Shown here: positions 56,301 through 64,000 of the stretch, in pieces
How the letters are laid out: every line of letters begins with the position of its first letter
Numbering within the stretch: position 1 is the first letter of the stretch
Assembly (NCBI RefSeq): GCF_963676685.1
Contig: NC_092355.1
Span: forward strand, 23,064,001-23,128,000
DNA from: Mytilus edulis
Lineage: Eukaryota
Direction: 5' to 3'
DNA: 64,000 nucleotides
Notes under the pieces: model-generated
Seen by the model: the letters and a program-made list of their open reading frames with translations, nothing else
Databases searched by the model: none
Told to the model about the DNA's origin: nothing
Translations under genes and position numbers: made by a program

Positions 56301-59300
56301 TAAAAAAAAAAAAAAATGGAAGTTAGCAGTATGAAAATTGTATGTTGTCTTTATATACATATACAGATAAAATCAGTAAAATGTCATTTTTAAAACAGGA
56401 AACTTGTTGTTCATGTAGGTCCTTGGTAACTAAGACAACCAATGTAATCATGATATAATCTTTTACATTTTTGCAATTGCTTTAATATCTCGTGGCAGAA
56501 TGTTTGCCTCAGGTTATAAAGTAGGCTATGAGTTCAATATCTGGCCAGCTTAAACCAAAGACTTGAAAATTGATATCTGTTGTTTTTCACAAAGATGCGA
56601 GTATTTAGGAGTAAAAGCAAAACTGGTCTCCTTGTGACCTAAGTCGGGTGATATTTCTTTCTTTCTTTATTCCGACTATTACCTTGTGCACTAGAAGTGA
56701 GACTCTATTATTGTATCTTCACTTAGGGTTGTTTCAAATAAACATACTTTAGACCAGGGAAGGCAATATGAATTTTCCAAATTATTCTCAAATATTCCCC
56801 TTTATAACTTTATATGCATTGGTCAGTCCAATTTGAGTTGGGGCATTTGTGTCCTCAAACACAATGATGCCATTCTTTTATTTTTAATATATAAATACCG
56901 GTATATGATTTCCTTATTCTTGTAGGAGGTTACATGTATACTTCAACATGTTTGCCCAACACATATGAAGGAAACCTTGCCCATCTTACCACCGTTCCAT
57001 TTGAGGTGCAGCCATCTAAACCAATGAAGGCGTCATTCTACTACCACATGAATGGAGTCAACATGGGAACATTCCAAGTTTCTGTAAACCAGCAGGGTAC
57101 TGTTCTCCAAACATCTTTGGTATTTTCCATGGCTGGAAGTCAGAGTGATGAATGGTATTATTCCTGTGTAAATCTACCATCTGGTAATGCATCCGTGACA
57201 TTTTCCGCTGTTTTGGGTGACGGATGTGATTCTGTGTTCGCTCTTGATGATGTTGTGATTTCAGACGGAATGTGTCAAGGTAAGTACCAGAATTCACTTT
57301 TGCAGAATCAAAAGGACTATGGGTAATCTCATTGTTCATACTTGAAAATGAAAATAATGTCATATGATTGGTTTTTGATGTTTTTAAACCAATCACAATG
57401 TTTTGGTGTACACTTTTGAAAATATTTCCCAGAAGTTGGCACAATGCAATTGATTCTCAAATGGCGAATTTTTCTGATGAATGATTATTATTACAATGAT
57501 AACTTCTTAAACCATAGAAAGGTTTTAATTCCATATATGGTTAGGTATTATATCTATATCTATTATTACTTAATTATATTGTAACTTCAGAAATTATTGC
57601 AAGGTTTCTATTAGTGTAAATAATGCGACTGGTTCAGTATTGCATTGAGAAGATTTTTGAACATACATCTTTATGCAGTTTTTTTTTGTGTAATCGCAAT
57701 AGTTAATCTGACATTTTTATACGACCGCAAAAATTTTAATTTTTTGGTCGTATATTGCTATCACGTTGGCGTCGTTGGCGGCGTCTACGTCGTCGGCGTC
57801 GTCGTCGTCGTCCGAATACTTTTAGTTTTCGCACTCTAACTTTAGTAAAAGTGAATAGAAATCAATGAAATTTTAACACAAGGTTTATGACCACAAAAGG
57901 AAGGTTGGGATTGATTTTGGGAATTTTGGTCCCAACATTTTAGGAATAAGGGGCCAAAAAGGGCCCAAATAAGCATTTTCTTGGTTTTCGCACTATAACT
58001 TTAGTTTAAGTGAATAGAAATCTATGAAATTTTGACACAAGGTTTATGACCACAAAAGGAAGGTTGGGATTGATTTTGGGAGTTTTGGTTCCAACAGTTT
58101 AGGAATTAAGGGCCAAAAAAGGGCCCAAATAAGCATTATTCTTGGTTTTCGCACAATAACTTTAGTATAAGTAAATAGAAATCAATGAAATTTTAACACA
58201 AGGTTTATGACCACAAAAGGAAGGTTGGGATTGATTTTTGGAGTTGAGGTCACAACAGTTTATGAATTAAGGTGGTACCCAACACTTTCACTAAAATTAA
58301 TTTGGCTCATTTAATTTTCATAAAATTTTGTCAAATTATTTACTTTGACACTTTAACAAAAATATAAAAATTTAAAATTTTTTGAACCAACCGTTTTGCC
58401 AGAAAAATTACACTGGTTATATAGCAATTTGACAAACACCAATTTTGGTCATTGAGAAGCTTAATATTCCTTTTACACACAACGTAATTAAAACGTTTAG
58501 CTGATTTTACAGAGTTATCTCCCTGTAGTGTTAGGTACCACCTTAAGGGCCAAAAATGGGCCCAAATAAGCATTATTTTTGCACCATAACTTTAGTATAA
58601 GTAAATAGAAATCTATGAAATTTAAACACAAGGTTTATGACCATAAAAGGAAGGTTGGGTTTGATTTTGGGAGTTTTGGTCCTAACAGTTTAGGAATAAG
58701 GGGCCCAAAGGGTCCAAAATTGAACTTTGTGTGATTTCATCAAAAATTGAATAATTGGGGTTCTTTGATATGCCGAATCTAACTATGTATGTAGATTCTT
58801 AATCTTTGGTCCCGTTTTCAAATTGGTCTACATTAAGGTCCAAAGGGTCCAAAATTAAACTTAGTTTGATTTTAACAAAAATTGAATCCTTTGGCTTATT
58901 TGATATGCTTTATCTAAATATGTACTTTGATTTTTGATTATGGGCCAAGTTTTCAAGTTGGTCCAAATCAGGATTCCATATCAAGTATTGTGCAATAGCA
59001 AGAAATTTTCAATTGCACAGTATTGCACAATAGCAAGAAATTTTCAATTGCACAGTATTGCACAATAGCAAGAAATATCTAATTGCACAATATTGTGCAA
59101 TAGCAATTAATTTTCAATTGGAGTTATCTTTCTTTGTATAGAATAGTAGTTAATAATATATGTTGGAAATTTGCCAGGCATGACTATGATGTCATTTTCT
59201 ATTTTTATTTGCCAATAACTTTATGTAAATAACTTCATTGGAAATTTGCCAATATAAAATGTTGCTGATGAAGTTTTTTTTATTGTTTTATACAATAAAC

Positions 59301-62300
59301 AATGTATATTCACTTTTACTACCAACCAATCTTTACCATTCAGTGATAACAAGCACTTTATTTTACATTTTAATATTTTATGATGTATTTAAAAGAGTAG
59401 TTATTGTTGCAAACTCCATTAGAAATTTGAATTGATATCAGTTTTGGAAAAAGGGAAACGGGGATGTGAAAAAAAAGGGAGGGGGGGGGGGTTAATTTTT
59501 CTCATTTCAGATTTCATAAATAAAAAGAAAATTTCTTCAAACATTTTTTTGAGAGGATTAATATTCAACAGCATAGTGAATTGCTCAAAGACAAAAAAAC
59601 TTTTAAGTTCATTAGACCACATTCATTCTGTGTCAGAATCCTATGCTGTGTCAACTATTTAATTTTAGATTTAAAAAGTTTGAAGAAGAAATCTTTAATT
59701 GATTTGTAAAATCTTGACATTTGTTTTGTGTAAAAAAAAACCATGTAATGTCAAAAATTTGATCACAATCCAAATTCAGAGCTGTATCACGCTTGAAGGT
59801 TTTGTCCATACTTGCCCCAACTGTTCAGGGTTCGACCTCTGCGGTCTCATAAAGCTGCGCCCTGCGGAACACCTGGTTATCCATTTGTCAAGTTTCAAAT
59901 AATAAATGCAGACAATAATTTCTAAATTTACAGTATTCAAAACAGCTGTTAAAGAATGGTTACAGGTCACTTTTGCCTACTTTTAAATTTTGAGAAAAAA
60001 ATTGTGTGTACATATATGTGAATATATTTGCAGAACGACTGGATGAAGTTACATGTAACTTTGAGGGGACCAACACTTGTCAGTACTCCTCCAATTGTAC
60101 CATAGGGTCTAAATACCAATGGTCCAGACAACAAAGTAAGACTCCATCAGATAACACTGGACCATATGGGGATGCTTATGGAAATCTTGCAGGTAATTTA
60201 TACATTATGTTATAACAAGTTAGTTCAGTTTCCCCATGGTCCACTCTTATAGTTTTTTTTTCATAATTTCTTTTTATCACAGTGCCAATATGACTGATAA
60301 AATTCACCTCATAAAGTGTGCTACTTTAATTTTCAGAATGAAATGCAGTTAACAACATGAACAATAAGGAAATGAATGGTCTTAACATTACGTTATATAG
60401 CTACCATTAGATATAATTTTGAAAGTCTCTAAATTCCCAACAATAAAGAACACATAGCATGCTTCTACTCGATCCCATGCCATACAGAGAGATATTAACT
60501 ATGGATTCATTTATCTTCATGGGTACCAATGTAGTTTGGAAAAAACAAGCAAATGAAGTTTCTTTAGTGGGACACTGGCTTGAAATGTCTACTTTTAACT
60601 GTTCAGTACAAATTTATAAGAAATGTATAAACAGATAATGTAAGTAAATTCTTTCTAGTTTATCTGAGATATTCATACTTTTCATCTTTTTATCAGTCAT
60701 AAATTACCAAGAGATATTGTTGTAATTGTCATTATCATTCACAGAGGGATAATTTCAAAGTTTGTTTTTCAATTACAGGACATTTTATGTATGTTGAGAG
60801 TTCCCATGGGAATCCAGGCGATACAACCTACTTATCCTTCCCATCATTCACCAGTAATAACCCCAGTAGTTTATATTTCTCCTACCACATGTTAGGAGAT
60901 GATATCGGCACTTTAGACATCATGTCACATGACACAGGTACCTCTACTGTTACCCCTCTGTGGAGTAAGACAGGGCAGCAGGATATGGCTTGGATTAAAG
61001 GGTGTGTCACCTTACCAACTGACACTGAACAAAATATATATTTTGTGGCAACAAAAGCTTCAGGATTTAAAGGAGATATAGCTGTAGATAATGTTTTTGT
61101 TATGGACGGTAGTTGCCCAGGTAATAATTTAAAGTTATTTTTCTATTAGATGTGACTTACACTTTTGGGTATTTAGCTGAATTTACTCTAAATGACACTC
61201 CGAATAACCTTCTGGCAACATCACTTTTTTTGGAAAGATTAGAACTTGTTCTAAATCTTTACTTAGGCACCGGCCTCCCTAACAACAGGACAGGTTAGCT
61301 ACTGTTACTAAATGTATTCACACTGAAATATAGTTCCCTATGGTTATCATGTATGTGCACATAATACACATATAAACTGAAAAAATTAGTATATTATTGG
61401 AGCAGTTCATTCAAGAATGTATGTCATTAAGGTGTGTTGATGTGCAGGCTTTTTTAAAAACATTTTGATTAGGTAAGGGGGTATTGATTCAATACTAGTA
61501 TGATTGACAACTGTCATTATCATTAAACAATCAGAGACAAGGTGGACCTTTAATTACAATACCCCACCTCCTTAACTGCCACTCAAATTGACCACATTAC
61601 CTATCAACCTCAGTATTACATAATTATACAGACCACTCAATATGCATCTAATTTTTAATACACAAGTATTTGACCTCATAATTGAATGCACAAATGTGTA
61701 TATTAGATGTTTGATATTTATAAGGATGATAGATTTATTTATTGCCTATTACTTTTGATCTACATTACATAAAGTGATTCTGTAAATTATATCTGAAATA
61801 TAAATGATGAATGGATTAACAATATTTTAAAAAAATGAAATATGAATATATATATAAGGTATTCAAGTAAGGCCTATAATTTACTTGATTAGTTTCCAAT
61901 AATCATCTGTAATTTATCAACAATTTAGATTAGTTCACTTTTTTTTTTATCAGGAATTGGCTTGAAACAGTTTTAAAATTTTAAAACTTTTAATTATAAC
62001 AAACCTTTGTATATTAGTTTATTTCCCATCAATCATTATGTCTATTTTAGTTATTTGAATTTTTATTAGACATGTTATTAGAAGTGAATATATATTTTTG
62101 CAATCAAGAAAGAATCCACATTTCAATAAAATAAGTTTTTTAATTGGTTTACGTTGAAAAAGTACATTTTCAATGCCCTGTATTAAAAAATACTTAAAAA
62201 TTTGATCAAAAGGCGCTCTAAAACTTTAATCTTCTAGCAATGTCAGATAACCTCTGTTTCAACTTACAAAATGCCCCAAAACAACATTTTTAGATTATTT

Positions 62301-63886
62301 TTGTTGACACTTTAAAGTTTTAGCTGTTGGTCTAGATTTATGTCTTACAAGGCTATAGTTGGTAACATTTACTGGAAGAATTTTTGATTTGCATTTTTTT
62401 GTTTTTTTGAAACATGTTCAGAACTGGCAACATAAATTTCCACAAGATATAAACTGCAGTTTAAATAAAATTGTGCAAATTAAGAGACCCATATTATTTA
62501 ATTTGAGCTCATTTTATCCTTGTACATGTACTGGAAAAGCAAGTTTCCTTCTAAAGACCTGCTGTTAATGCAATTTTCAGCAATAGTGCTTTATAAATGT
62601 TCATTTTCCCCCACCATACCTTAATATGAAATAATTCAAACTACTCTTCTAATCTTTCCATGAGTGATTTCCATCACTTTGATTTATTATGAGGTCAAAT
62701 GTTTTAGATTGCAAAATTTTGTGGGAAATTGTTTAATTATGTAATTACTTTAAGTAAAAAATATGTTACTATTGCCAATTTGAGATAAACTATTTACCTG
62801 AGAACAATGGATGTAGATTTGAGGTCATTCAAATAACTATAAAGCCTTCAACAATGACCAAATCAAAACATTATAGTTAGCTGTATAAAAGAACCCAACA
62901 TTTCAAAATACAAAACATTTGAAAGAGAAAAAATAACTGATTAATGCTGAAGTAATAAACAAGTTAAATATGATATACAGCAATCGATGACAATCCCTGT
63001 ATGACAGGATCCTGACTGAGAACAGGCATGTATAGATGGTGGCGGGGTTATACCATGTTGGGGTGCCTAACCCTCACCGTTCTTAAGGACAGTGGTGCAA
63101 ACAAAAATTAACAATCTGTGCAGAATCTTTGATCCTTGATTTAAACAAACTGTTCCCTGTATAATTTCTGTGTACATATATTTATTTTTTATTTTGTAGG
63201 GACCAGTGTACCATGTGATTTTGAGGATAAGACATTTCTATGTGGTTACAGAAATAACACCAATCTGTTAAGTGATAGTGGTTGGACGTCAGCATCACAT
63301 GACTCAGACAATATGGTTGCAGTAGCTAGTTCAGATACTGGTATGTTCTACTTATTGACCTTTAAAGCTTTACCTTTATTTTACTCTCTGATCATTACTA
63401 AATAATATATATGGATCAGTAGCATGCCATAATTTTATATAGATGAAAATCAATAAAAATACATTTTTTTCCTAAATTCATGAATATTTGTATCCACAAA
63501 ATTAAATGATTCCACAAAAGATTTTAACATGTTTTTGTTTTTTGTAGGACGGTTTTTATATTGTAATTCAAGTAACTTCCAAGACAGCTGCAGTGTGTTA
63601 TCGCCAATGTTATCGGTAACAGAGAAATCCTGTATAACTTTTGATTACTATACTAAGTTTCTAGCAGGATATAATGCTTCATTATCTATATATATGATGT
63701 CATACCGTTTTGGAAATGTTGTTTGGACCCCAGCATGGAGTATGAGAAGAGACTCAGGCAGTTGGAATCAAGGACAGTTTGAATATACAGGAAATTTAAC
63801 AGATGCTTCTCTAATCATTGACATGCAACTTGGACAGGCCGGGATTGATAACATCGCTATAGTACCAGGAGATTGTCAAGAGATAT
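192..63886 (+). CDS. Multi-exon gene, 5'- and 3'-incomplete, encoding a giant MAM/LDL-receptor class A/CUB/SRCR/Frizzled-domain extracellular protein (MALRD1/MLRP-like); 45 exons in window
   Basis: 45 GT-AG exons whose splice phases join into one open frame (8896 nt). Recognisable motifs for 2 CUB, 3 LDLa, 2 SRCR, 13 MAM and 1 FZ domains. No start or stop codon in window. Orthology to MALRD1 not established. Confidence 0.9.
636..840. mobile_element. MITE family A (TA-flanked, Tc1/mariner-type ends)
   Basis: TACTGTGGATTCAT...ATGAATCCACAGTA terminal inverted repeats; related copies at 5225-5956, 6286-6514, 22002-22215, 34517-35287. Confidence 0.7.
1160..1368. repeat. Dispersed SINE-like repeat (3' part ...gttgtctctttgacacattccccatttc..)
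   Basis: Same sequence recurs at ~40350-40475, 49395-49540 (opposite orientation) and 54060-54160. Confidence 0.55.
1402..1488 (+). CDS. Exon 2: Thr-rich linker
   Basis: ttcag|..G|gtaagg; [28 protein letters not shown]; phase 1-1. Confidence 0.8.
2672..2890. repeat. Dispersed SINE-like repeat (aagaagatgtggtatgattgccaatgagacaac family)
   Basis: Further copies at ~5254-5783, 23835-24060, 38220-38380, 42437-42640, 50610-50895, 63920-64000; reversed fragments near 27500 and 52135-52230. Confidence 0.7.
2925..3094 (+). CDS. Exon 3: N-terminal half of CUB domain
   Basis: [56 protein letters not shown]|gtaagt. Confidence 0.92.
3607..3775 (+). CDS. Exon 4: C-terminal half of CUB domain
   Basis: [42 protein letters not shown]; tag|..C|gtaag. 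Confidence 0.9.
3950..3993 (+). ncRNA. Type I minimal hammerhead ribozyme (degenerate copy) in retrozyme-like remnant (~3938-4038)
   Basis: gcgtca-CTGACGA-atct(tttgt)agac-GAAA-t(gcac)GTC-tggcgt; the first stem II pair is mismatched. Confidence 0.7.
4141..4450 (+). repeat. Three tandem ~102-105 bp copies of splice acceptor plus LDLa exon 5' part
   Basis: ttcag|ATTGTCCTATAGACCA at 4158, 4263, 4365. Confidence 0.9.
4365..4484 (+). CDS. Exon 5: LDL-receptor class A repeat
   Basis: [37 protein letters not shown]; alternative in-frame acceptors at 4158 and 4263. Confidence 0.88.
5225..5956. mobile_element. MITE family A copy interrupted by SINE-like repeat (5254-5783), itself interrupted by a retrozyme fragment (5534-5679)
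   Basis: MITE halves flank the SINE-like copy; the uninterrupted SINE-like copy near 50870 reads gggacaggcacatacatac where this one has the insert. Confidence 0.7.
5600..5643 (+). ncRNA. Type I minimal hammerhead ribozyme (non-LTR retrozyme/Penelope-type)
   Basis: gcgtca-CTGATGA-GTCT(tatgt)AGAC-GAAA-C(GCGC)GTC-tggcat: perfect core, 4-bp stem II, palindromic stem III (ACGCGCGT), GUC cleavage triplet ending at 5637. Confidence 0.85.
6019..6144 (+). CDS. Exon 6: Thr/Pro-rich linker
   Basis: [41 protein letters not shown]; phase 1-1. Confidence 0.8.
6286..6514. mobile_element. MITE family A copy
   Basis: TACTGTGGATTCATT...AATGAATCCACAGT. Confidence 0.7.
6694..6835 (+). CDS. Exon 7: SRCR domain, N-half
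   Basis: [36 protein letters not shown]|gtgag. Confidence 0.92.
7361..7536 (+). CDS. Exon 8: SRCR domain, C-half
   Basis: [38 protein letters not shown]. Confidence 0.92.
9958..10092. mobile_element. Small Harbinger-type MITE
   Basis: aggtgcagatcca...tggatccgctcct imperfect TIRs. Confidence 0.45.
11930..12838 (+). mobile_element. Short HINE-like element (gtcc microsatellite family) interrupted by a TG..CA insertion
   Basis: Matches intact copies at 23141-23416 and 29675-29997. Confidence 0.7.
12135..12772. mobile_element. 638-bp TGT...ACA insertion with 5-bp TSD (solo LTR or Ginger-type MITE)
   Basis: GTCCA duplicated at 12130-12134 and 12773-12777; empty site visible in sister copy near 23345. 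Confidence 0.75.
14048..17118. repeat. Near-identical 708-bp tandem array (4 full units plus partial), ending at the assembly gap
   Basis: Junction TATTATCT at 14048, 14756, 15464, 16172, 16881; repeated ORF-track peptides with 708-bp period. Confidence 0.95.
17119..17218. other. Assembly gap (100 N)
   Basis: Run of N. Confidence 0.99.
19129..20398 (-). mobile_element. HINE/Helentron-like element nested in the composite element
   Basis: subTIR ggtctttccac at both ends; ggtctttccac-aaaaa-gtggaaagacc stem at one end; terminal hairpin at the other; ~290-bp internal tandem repeats (tgaccttgacc motif); long poly-A tract. Confidence 0.7.
22002..22215. mobile_element. MITE family A copy
   Basis: TACTGTGGATTCATT...AATGAAACCACAGTA. 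Confidence 0.65.
23141..23416 (+). mobile_element. Short HINE-like element
   Basis: tttttatgccccac...(gtcc)n...gtggggcat plus hairpin plus attctt. Confidence 0.7.
23652..23740 (+). CDS. Exon 9: MAM1 start
   Basis: [20 protein letters not shown]|gtaagt. Confidence 0.85.
24478..24613 (+). CDS. Exon 10: MAM1
   Basis: [28 protein letters not shown]. Confidence 0.9.
24948..25126 (+). CDS. Exon 11: MAM1
   Basis: [37 protein letters not shown]. Confidence 0.93.
25317..25898. mobile_element. Kolobok-type MITE
   Basis: Perfect 21-bp TIR AAAGGAGTAGGTCCGGTAAGG / CCTTACCGGACCTACTCCTTT; TTAA TSD degenerate. Confidence 0.7.
25937..26018 (+). CDS. Exon 12: MAM1 end
   Basis: [27 protein letters not shown]. 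Confidence 0.92.
26044..26245. repeat. Small inverted-repeat element with internal 13-14 bp tandem repeat (aaaatcttagtgt)
   Basis: ctctttttacaaaaaatctta ... tgagattttttgtgaaaagag, with ~6 tandem units between. Confidence 0.5.
26632..26817 (+). CDS. Exon 13: MAM2 N-part
   Basis: [28 protein letters not shown]. Confidence 0.85.
27671..28006 (+). CDS. Exon 14: MAM2 C-part
   Basis: [43 protein letters not shown]. Confidence 0.92.
28022..28106. repeat. Fold-back (24-bp inverted repeat) fragment of a palindromic element
   Basis: tagattatcattggtcatctcaac / gttgagatgactaatgataatctg. Confidence 0.5.
28671..28826 (+). CDS. Exon 15: MAM3 N-part
   Basis: [31 protein letters not shown]. Confidence 0.9.
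29248..29595 (+). CDS. Exon 16: MAM3 C-part
   Basis: [38 protein letters not shown]. Confidence 0.94.
29675..29997 (+). mobile_element. Short HINE-like element
   Basis: tttttatgccc..(gtcc)n..gtggggcatt..gacacattcttgtt. Confidence 0.7.
30804..30920 (+). CDS. Exon 17: MAM4 N-part
   Basis: [28 protein letters not shown]. Confidence 0.88.
31240..31602 (+). CDS. Exon 18: MAM4 C-part (divergent)
   Basis: [30 protein letters not shown]. Confidence 0.87.
31649..31793. repeat. 73-bp intronic tandem duplication (2 copies)
   Basis: ataaataatttaatatttaac..gaattgca repeated. Confidence 0.85.
31922..32044 (+). CDS. Exon 19: MAM5 N-part
   Basis: [20 protein letters not shown]. Confidence 0.87.
32512..32850 (+). 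CDS. Exon 20: MAM5 C-part
   Basis: [31 protein letters not shown]. Confidence 0.9.
32968..33240. mobile_element. Kolobok-type MITE (273 bp), TTAA TSD
   Basis: ttaa|GGTGGTACCCAACACT...AGTGTTGGGTACCACC|ttaa; near-identical copies at 52312 and 58271. Confidence 0.85.
33671..33766 (+). CDS. Exon 21: MAM6 N-part
   Basis: [31 protein letters not shown]|gtaag; six further donor copies downstream. Confidence 0.85.
33687..34474 (+). repeat. Seven tandem ~114-bp copies of exon 3' part plus splice donor
   Basis: GAG|GTAAG with GT at 33767, 33881, 33995, 34109, 34222, 34352, 34464. Confidence 0.92.
34636..35218. mobile_element. Probable Kolobok-type insertion inside a family A MITE (34517-35287)
   Basis: ttaa|aggagaaggttc...gaaccttgtcgt degenerate TIRs; interrupts the catttaa..tggttca motif intact in the 636-840 copy. 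Confidence 0.5.
35612..35947 (+). CDS. Exon 22: MAM6 C-part
   Basis: [30 protein letters not shown]. Confidence 0.9.
36427..36537 (+). CDS. Exon 23: LDLa repeat
   Basis: [36 protein letters not shown]. Confidence 0.95.
36946..37032 (+). CDS. Exon 24: MAM7 N-part
   Basis: [18 protein letters not shown]. Confidence 0.85.
37791..38123 (+). CDS. Exon 25: MAM7 C-part
   Basis: [25 protein letters not shown]. Confidence 0.9.
38781..38891 (+). CDS. Exon 26: LDLa repeat
   Basis: [36 protein letters not shown]. Confidence 0.94.
39375..39509 (+). CDS. Exon 27: MAM8 N-part
   Basis: [30 protein letters not shown]. Confidence 0.9.
40524..40862 (+). CDS. Exon 28: MAM8 C-part
   Basis: [30 protein letters not shown]. 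Confidence 0.92.
41116..41272. mobile_element. Small PIF/Harbinger-type MITE
   Basis: aggcccgtagccagg ... cctggctacaggtat TIRs with G7/C7 subterminal runs. Confidence 0.55.
41715..42287 (+). CDS. Exon 29: acidic Pro/Thr/Glu tandem-repeat stalk
   Basis: ~11 x 30-bp repeat encoding [10 protein letters not shown] plus two 15-aa variants; phase 1-1, in frame. Confidence 0.87.
42668..42990 (+). repeat. ~78-bp degenerate tandem copies of acceptor plus FZ exon start
   Basis: gtgaatttacagtaaaac..tttag/ttcag|atggatgtt(t/a)taaccataac; AG ending at 42717, 42795, 42871, 42955. Confidence 0.8.
42956..43195 (+). CDS. Exon 30: Frizzled-type cysteine-rich domain, N-part
   Basis: [42 protein letters not shown]. 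Confidence 0.85.
43373..44432. mobile_element. Non-autonomous P-element/hAT-type DNA transposon (1060 bp)
   Basis: TIR CAAGGATCCGGAAA / TTTCCGGACCCTTG (13/14); perfect 8-bp TSD GTTTGTGT. Confidence 0.85.
44691..44947. mobile_element. MITE with CATACCTGCCAA TIRs
   Basis: 12-bp perfect TIR; imperfect ~7-bp TSD ggatttg/ggattgc. Confidence 0.65.
45374..45490 (+). CDS. Exon 31: FZ domain C-part
   Basis: [29 protein letters not shown]. Confidence 0.82.
46120..46206 (+). CDS. Exon 32: Ser/Thr-rich linker
   Basis: [28 protein letters not shown]; phase 1-1. Confidence 0.78.
46214..46670 (+). mobile_element. Decayed retroelement 3' fragment, probably Penelope-like RT C-terminus plus 3' UTR
   Basis: Frameshifted [19 protein letters not shown] / [15 protein letters not shown] resembles the KLLxQGY..KFYGRHH thumb region of Penelope-like RTs (recognised from memory, not searched). 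Confidence 0.5.
46978..47131 (+). CDS. Exon 33: divergent SRCR-like domain, N-half
   Basis: [27 protein letters not shown]; same phase-2 intron position as SRCR1. Confidence 0.82.
47427..47953. mobile_element. Fold-back MITE with ~90-bp imperfect TIRs
   Basis: tctatttaaac..gtcagttctattgtcccattga..aatagctattg mirrored by caatagctatt..tcaatgggacaatagaactgac..gtttaaataga. Confidence 0.7.
48178..48317 (+). CDS. Exon 34: SRCR-like domain, C-half
   Basis: [19 protein letters not shown]; phase 2-1. Confidence 0.8.
49244..49354 (+). CDS. Exon 35: MAM9 N-part
   Basis: [27 protein letters not shown]. Confidence 0.8.
51220..51546 (+). CDS. Exon 36: divergent MAM9 C-part
   Basis: [30 protein letters not shown]; phase 1-1. 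Confidence 0.8.
51803..52029. mobile_element. TA-flanked MITE (related copy 48569-48755)
   Basis: accaacttattttcgcg...cgcgaacttaagttggtttacagta. Confidence 0.55.
52312..52584. mobile_element. Kolobok-type MITE (273 bp), TTAA TSD
   Basis: Same family as 32968-33240. Confidence 0.85.
52782..52943. mobile_element. Small MITE
   Basis: 16-bp perfect IR ATACACCTTATCGCTA / TAGCGATAAGGTGTAT. Confidence 0.6.
53704..53829 (+). CDS. Exon 37: MAM10 N-part
   Basis: [19 protein letters not shown]. Confidence 0.85.
54446..54489 (-). ncRNA. Type I minimal hammerhead ribozyme in retrozyme-like remnant (~54410-54545)
   Basis: Reverse complement: gcgtca-CTGATGA-GTCT(tttgt)AGAC-GAAA-C(CTGT)GTC-tggcgt. Confidence 0.8.
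54684..54838 (+). CDS. Exon 38: MAM10 middle
   Basis: [28 protein letters not shown]. Confidence 0.87.
55308..55521 (+). CDS. Exon 39: MAM10 end
   Basis: [35 protein letters not shown]. Confidence 0.9.
56017..56178 (+). CDS. Exon 40: MAM11 N-part (alternative in-frame acceptor at 56002 possible)
   Basis: [30 protein letters not shown]. Confidence 0.88.
56926..57279 (+). CDS. Exon 41: MAM11 C-part
   Basis: [33 protein letters not shown]. Confidence 0.93.
57714..59878 (+). mobile_element. HINE/Helentron-like element with central ~160-bp tandem repeats
   Basis: 5' tttttatacgacc..ggtcgtata stem, (gtc)n microsatellite, ~160-bp repeats (57825, 57984, 58145..), 32-bp repeats ~58990-59105, 3' tgcggtc..ataa plus hairpin. 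Confidence 0.78.
58271..58542. mobile_element. Kolobok-type MITE inserted into a tandem unit of the HINE
   Basis: TTAA duplicated; neighbouring unit shows the empty site ggaattaagggcc (~58102). Confidence 0.9.
60034..60192 (+). CDS. Exon 42: MAM12 N-part
   Basis: [34 protein letters not shown]. Confidence 0.92.
60779..61120 (+). CDS. Exon 43: MAM12 C-part
   Basis: [38 protein letters not shown]. Confidence 0.94.
63200..63340 (+). CDS. Exon 44: MAM13 N-part
   Basis: [20 protein letters not shown]. Confidence 0.88.
63548..63886 (+). CDS. Exon 45: MAM13 C-part
   Basis: [37 protein letters not shown]. Confidence 0.9.
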
Positions 63887-64000
63887 GTAAGTGTAATTTT
63901 ATTTTAACTATATTTAATAGAAATAAGAAGATGTGATATGAGTGTCGATGAGACAACTCTCCATCCAAGTCACAATGTCTAAAAAGTTAACAGTCATAGG

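Noticed and set aside
57823-58700. ~160-bp repeats as a CRISPR array or independent satellite
   Set aside because: Eukaryotic context, no spacers, and bounded by HINE terminal structures.
192-63886. Assigning the symbol MALRD1, TMPRSS15 or CORIN
   Set aside because: Domain order matches none of them and no protease domain is visible; orthology cannot be shown from this window.

Overview
Eukaryotic, AT-rich genomic DNA. The dispersed repeats resemble those of bivalve molluscs, most likely a mussel (Mytilus-like); this is my inference from recognising the repeats. The whole window is the interior of one large + strand gene, with neither start nor stop codon in view. I traced 45 GT-AG exons with mutually consistent phases (192..63886, about 8.9 kb, about 2,965 codons). 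They encode an extracellular mosaic protein: CUB(partial)-T-rich-CUB-LDLa-T-rich-SRCR-MAMx6-LDLa-MAM-LDLa-MAM-([10 protein letters not shown])n-Frizzled CRD-SRCR-like-MAMx5 and onward. The introns are packed with non-autonomous elements: Helentron/HINE-like elements, Kolobok-type TTAA MITEs, P/hAT-type, Tc1/TA-type and Harbinger-type MITEs, SINE-like repeats and a Penelope-like RT remnant. The main highlights are (1) three type I minimal hammerhead ribozymes (retrozyme remnants), two of them sense to the pre-mRNA; (2) a 16-kb intron with multi-level nested insertions, including a ~7.7-kb element built as (A-B)x4-A-gap-unique-B whose unit junction shares an 8-bp core (TATTATCT) with its target site; and (3) four separate tandem duplications spanning splice sites, two of which create in-frame alternative acceptors or donors. 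A 100-N assembly gap lies at 17119-17218. Coordinates were counted by hand and may be off by a few bases, especially for repeats.
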